The notes beneath the pieces were generated by a model. It had not been told where the DNA came from. It saw only the letters and a list, made by a program, of their open reading frames with translations, and made no database searches. Shown here in pieces: positions 58,747 through 64,000 of a stretch of DNA of 64,000 nucleotides. Position 1 is the stretch's first letter. Each line of letters begins with the position of its first letter. This stretch comes from Antedon mediterranea (lineage: Eukaryota > Animalia > Echinodermata): assembly GCF_964355755.1 (NCBI RefSeq), contig NC_092675.1, positions 6,567,812 through 6,631,811 of the forward strand, read 5' to 3'. Made by a program: the position numbers and the translations under genes.

Positions 58747-61372
58747 ATGGCAGCTCTAAAGTGTTTTATCGTCGTCTTCTTTTACTTTTTTCTTGAAATA
58801 AGTGAGTATATGTCACTATGAGAGGCTAATGCAATTTTTTTTTCCATGATATTTTTAATTCTTAAAACTAATTATAGCAACATGTTATAATTAAAAGTGT
58901 AGGCCTTCAATTTGCATTTGTAAATTGTAAGCTTAGAGTGGGAGGTAGCCGGATCACATTTAAAAACAAAATTATTTATAGTATTTTTCATATAAAAACA
59001 CGTATTGTTTCTCATGATTTCCATCTTATACTTGAGCGGTATCGACAATAAACACCATGCAGTATCATATCTTTTGGCAGCAACCTCCATCCCATGAGAT
59101 ATTGTCACCATCTCCTGACCTTGTTCCTGCTGTTTTGCTGATTAGTTAGTTCTTCAGCTTTTTAATCGATACATTCGGACATCAGCGTATTCGTTGGTTA
59201 TTTTCGTATAGTTAGATCAGGAAGGTACTTTCATTTTTATACTTCCCTGGTTAGATATTAGTTAGGTTATGGGCCCGTTGTCCTCATCAAATACGATATT
59301 GCAGGATATTGCCGCTAAATGATACCGCACGACAACCGGTTGTAATTTCAGTCTGACAACAGACTAGTCTTAAATGTTGATTATCGTCAGCACAACTTTA
59401 ATTTTAGCAATCCTTAAAAACATCTTTCTTTTGTGCGATCAGGTTTGGCCGATGAAGTTTGTTATGGCGATCTTGGTTGTTTCAATAACGTTAGTGCATG
59501 CCATAAAGTAGCCTTCCCGCCAATGGCACCAGAAGTTATGAACATTCAGTTCCATTTATACACCCAGATGAACCCAATTACGTCTGTCATCGTTGATCCC
59601 TATGTCCCAGAATCACTGACATCAACATATTTCCATCCGTATTTGAAGACGGTGGTTCTCATCCACGGTTGGTTCGGTATAGTCGGTGGGTGGACAGATA
59701 TGGCAAGAGACGCTCTTTTACAACACGTACGTATTATCAAGAATTTACTGAAATGACATTCCATGATGTTCTTTTAAAAACCTTTAATTGAAAATATTAA
59801 GAGAAGTAATGTTGAACCCTTACACAATATGTTGAATGTCAGAGAATGTTGCCTCTAAGGAATTTCGCTTTCTGTTGATCCTTAGAAAGAGTGCCAGTGA
59901 TCATTGTACTATACTATTATGCATGCTATCTTGTTTGGGTATTATACTGTACATTTTGTTACGTTGTCGTCTTTAAACCCTTCGCTTTTTGCTCAAAAGA
60001 TTTCTACCAAGCCAAACTGCTTCTCATTACAGTAGGACTTTTTATACGGATAAACGAAACCTTTTTTGAATTATTTAAAAAGTAATACTAGTAATGCATG
60101 TTTCTATAACGTGATTTATAGGAGTCGGTTAATATCATAGCCGTAGACTGGAGTATTGGTGCAGGTAATATTATCTACCAGAGGTCATGTCAAAATGCAC
60201 GAGTAGCCGGCAAGAAGACTGCATTATTCCTGAAGTTCCTTCATGACATCACTGGTGCAAGCTATAGTAACATGCATATAATTGGTCATAGTTTGGGGGC
60301 TCACGTCGCTGGGTATGCAGGAGAAGCACAGCCGGGCATTGGACGAATAACAGGTTTGTCTTTCATTGCATTTTTAGGATTAAATTTCCCACTATGACGC
60401 AACACAAGGACGTCACAAACAAAGAAAGAAAATAAGCAACCATTTCATGACCCTACCAATGACTTAATCTACCCTGCATGTAAAATGTCATGCTAAATAA
60501 TAAAAACAAATTAATGTTTTCAGGTAGCGACGCAGCTGGGCCTGGTTTTGCCGCGTTCGGTCCAGAATGCAGACTAGATACCACAGACGCAGATTTTGTT
60601 GACGCAATCCATACTGACGGAGAACTGCTTGGTTTGGGCATGCATCGTGCAGTAAGTAACTTAGCCAATGTCATACAGTATTGTAAATACCAAGTGACAA
60701 CCAATTTCAGGATAATATAATGTGATTTAAGTAAAATTTGCTGATAGAAAAGTGATACAAATAAAAAGATAATGATCAACTTGCAATATTGAGCTTTCTT
60801 TTGATTTAATTTAGTACGCTCATATGGATTTCTATCCTAATGGAGGAAAAGATCAACCGGGATGCCGAAAGCCAATTTTTCTTGACAGTGAGTGATCAGA
60901 ACATTGATATCAATATGTTTCATTCAAACCATTACTTCATTCTTTTGTATTAAGACAAAGTAAAAATTATTTTTCATTTGACATTGATATCATAAAACAA
61001 GAATTTCTCTATGCAACAAAATTTAAAATGTCTATCTTTCTATCTCTATTGAGATCCAGTCACTGATACCCACATCATTGTCATTTGCCTTTAGATTTAC
61101 CAATAATAAAGTTATCTTTATTATTTTTCATAATAGATGGGTGTAGTCACGCAAGGTCGGTTTACTTTCTTCTAGAAAGCATTCTAGGTGATGCGTGCAG
61201 ATTTAAGGCCTACCCGTGCCCTAACTTTGAAGAATTCACGGCAGGTAATTGTACAGATTGCGGCCCGTCAGGATGTCCTGAGATGGGCTATTATTCGGAC
61301 ACGTACAACAACCGGGCCAGAGGAACGTTTTACCTGCGTACCAACGAAGATTCTCCATATTGTGTATCTTAG
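58747..61372 (+). CDS. Secreted pancreatic lipase-related / phospholipase A1-like protein, 335 aa, 6 exons, no C-terminal PLAT domain
   Basis: Exons 58747-58801, 59443-59726, 60122-60353, 60524-60651, 60815-60887 and 61137-61372 join in frame (1008 nt). Hydrophobic signal peptide; motifs EVCYGDLGCF, IHGW, VDW, GHSLG (Ser), GSDAAGP (Asp), [19 protein letters not shown] (His). Confidence 0.93.
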
Positions 61373-62587
61373 ATTAAAACGTCATCAGATAATATATAGA
61401 ATATGGAAAATGAGTATGATGTGTAAACTTCGAAAATGCTTAATAAAATTAATGGTAATAGTAATTTCATTCCTTTAAGATTATGATTTATTTGTTGGCA
61501 ATTCGTTATGTTTGATTGTTTTGTGTAGGCCTAGTATTTGAAATTCGAATAGCGCAATCAAGCTTAGTTATTTACTAGGGTAAGTTGGTGACCCCAACCA
61601 CTCTTAGTGATGCCGACATAACTAGTGTGTACGGGATCACAATTAATAGGAGCCACGTGCAAAAAAAAAAAAAAAAAAAAAAATAAAAAGAGTTTGGTTT
61701 TAAAATAAATTAACATTAGGTGAATGAACTAATTGAGACTAGAGACAAGAGTGCGCTGACTTCTTATTATCTAAATACGGTATCTTACTAACAATTAGGC
61801 CTATTATCACACTGATATGTCTTTTATCTATTACTTACATTTAGGCCTATTATCACAGTGATATTGACATTTCTTTTATCTATTTAATTAAAACAACGAC
61901 GAATAACACAGCTGTTTACATTCTTTATGAAAAGTTTCACCTGTTATTTTATTTTAAATTACATATCTTCTAGAATCCTTTTTGATATTAAATTATATTC
62001 TAGCATTCCCCAAATAATTCTTCATTCAATTCATCATTGAATATAATTTATTAATCGTTTGAAACAAGACAAAGTGTATTAATTAAGAACTTTATACCGT
62101 ATTATATTTTAAAATTATAAATGGACCAGAAGCCCCTGATGAAATCCTTTAAATTTTTTTGACCAATCATTTAGTATTTAAACAAGGCCATATACATGGC
62201 TGCAGTCGCGTGCGCAAATTTAAGTGTTTACCGACCGCCCAACCAACCGACCAACATAGTGAGCGGTAGAGTCTAAAAATAACATGTATTGGTTATTCTT
62301 TGGTGGGTACAGTTAGATAATGAAATACACGATACCTTAGACGACAACAAATGCTTGCAATGATTGTTTTTATTGAATCTTGTCTGAATATCAACATAAC
62401 AATAGCAATTGATATCATATGGTTGAATCATCGTCATTTTTATCATAAGTATAATTATCATTAAAACTGAAATACATTTTGCTTAACTAAAATTTTTCGT
62501 GCGATAACTGATAACATTTTCCCCGTGTGTCGAGGCATCATGCTATACTTTTAGAACGCTCTTTCTGTAGGCTACATAGTGATTTGT

Positions 62588-63603
62588 CTATTCCGCACTC
62601 TTAAGTTGCTTAATCAGGTCTTTAAGCCAACAAAACGGTTGCTTGCCAGATGTTCTAAGGTAGAATGTTCCACTGACTTGACTGACGTCAGCGAAGTAAC
62701 CCATTTTGGGGCAACCAAGGAGTCCGCATGATGTACATTTCCCACTCTCAAAGCGTCGGTTATTAAGACACGGGAAGGCTGAAAAGCAGTCTTCCTCCTC
62801 GATGCTTTCGATAAAAAATTCAGTTGCTCGACTGTGACTGCATGACACCTCTGACATGTTTGCTAAAATGTAAACAAAGATTGTATCGGTGTTGATATTC
62901 ATATCACAATTCTAATAGAGAGCTTTCTATTTTGAAGACCTTAAGACTTACCGTACGTATACGCATATTGCAAATCAAAAACTGCCATACACTATACGCT
63001 GCATCTACTATGACGTAGGCAATATTGCAAAATAAATAGCGAACGATACATTGTAAAGTTGAAGAATGCAACATTTTTAACTGCTCGATGAATACATAAT
63101 TGGAAGTTGAATGTCAAACTTACCAAACATGTCAAAAACTGTAGGTGGGCAACCAGGCTGCTCTTTACCACCGTTCGGATAAAAGTCCATGTGGCCAATC
63201 TTGAAAGAAGGATAAATACAGTACGGATTTAGTGGTGTCAAAACAAATCATGTCTGTACAATTGTTGACTGGTATTCTTAGATAAAGAAACACTCATTTT
63301 GGAGTTTAAGATGAGTTAAGCTCTGTCTACACTACTACCAAACTAGTTTGACAAAAAGTGTGATGTGCCCAAATATGGTAGAGTGATATGTCATTGTGTC
63401 CATATATGGGAATATTACATTTTTGTCACTTAAAGTTTGATAGTGTAGAGAGAGTATTATACTTACTGCATCAAGCATCCCAAAACCAACCACTAGTAGA
63501 GTTTCGCCATCGGTGTGGATGTTGTCAACAAGAAGAGCATCAGACGGATCCAATCTACAAATTGGATCGGTGTTGCGAAATCCAGGACCAGCAGGATCAA
63601 GAC
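62588..63603 (-). CDS. Second pancreatic lipase-related protein, last three exons (5' part outside window)
   Basis: Exons 63603-63467 (GLDPAGPGF...RLDPSDA...IHTDG), 63199-63124 ([17 protein letters not shown]) and 62862-62588 (CSHSRA...CPKMGY...[12 protein letters not shown]). Intron positions and phases match the plus-strand lipase. Confidence 0.92.
63319..63455. mobile_element. MITE family A in a lipase intron, next to a splice donor
   Basis: Left TIR intact, right TIR diverged. Confidence 0.8.
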
Positions 63604-64000
63604 CTGATATTTAATTTATATGGATTAAAATAAACTATATTTAATTCATATATTTTGTTCATGTGATTTTATTGGTTATGATATTAGTAGAAAAAGTGTA
63701 TTATTTGGTAACTTTGTGTTTTTGTCTACTTCCATCTGTAGACAACAAACACAAAGTTGATAAACAAATATCATTATTTGGTTCAATGCCACAATGTGAG
63801 TATTTGGTTGCTTCACAGGCATCGTAATATCACTTTAACCCGAGTACCACATTTTGTATATATAAGCTACTACTGTACAACTAATTTAAAAAAAAAACCA
63901 TATAAGCTGACGGGTTTTTGTCAGCAAGCACGTTAGTCCCTAATAGCCAACCAAGTATACAAACTCTAGCTCTACCCAAGATAAACTTCGAAAACTTCCG

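Overview
AT-rich, intron-rich animal genomic DNA. It is probably from a marine invertebrate deuterostome such as an echinoderm, which is an inference from the DeuSINE-like element and repeat content. Four spliced genes can be assembled by hand with GT-AG boundaries and consistent phases. (1) The 5' four coding exons of an SKP2-like F-box/LRR gene (minus strand, running off the left edge). (2) A complete ~47-kb calcineurin A catalytic subunit gene (PPP3C/CanA, minus strand, 56654 to 9878). (3) A complete 6-exon pancreatic-lipase-family gene (plus strand, 58747-61372). (4) The last three exons of a convergent lipase paralogue (minus strand). The most striking feature is the calcineurin regulatory region. 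The terminal exon encoding the autoinhibitory domain is tandemly duplicated into two intact, synonymously diverged alternative last exons. Several frame-preserving phase-1 microexon candidates (9-33 nt) lie within or next to the CnB-binding, calmodulin-binding and autoinhibitory segments, suggesting combinatorial splicing control of the phosphatase. Introns carry many non-autonomous DNA transposons: 11 copies of one Harbinger-like MITE, plus Kolobok-like, Tigger-like and 6-bp-TSD elements. They also contain tRNA-derived SINEs and two minisatellites. Most ORFs in the supplied track are non-coding noise.
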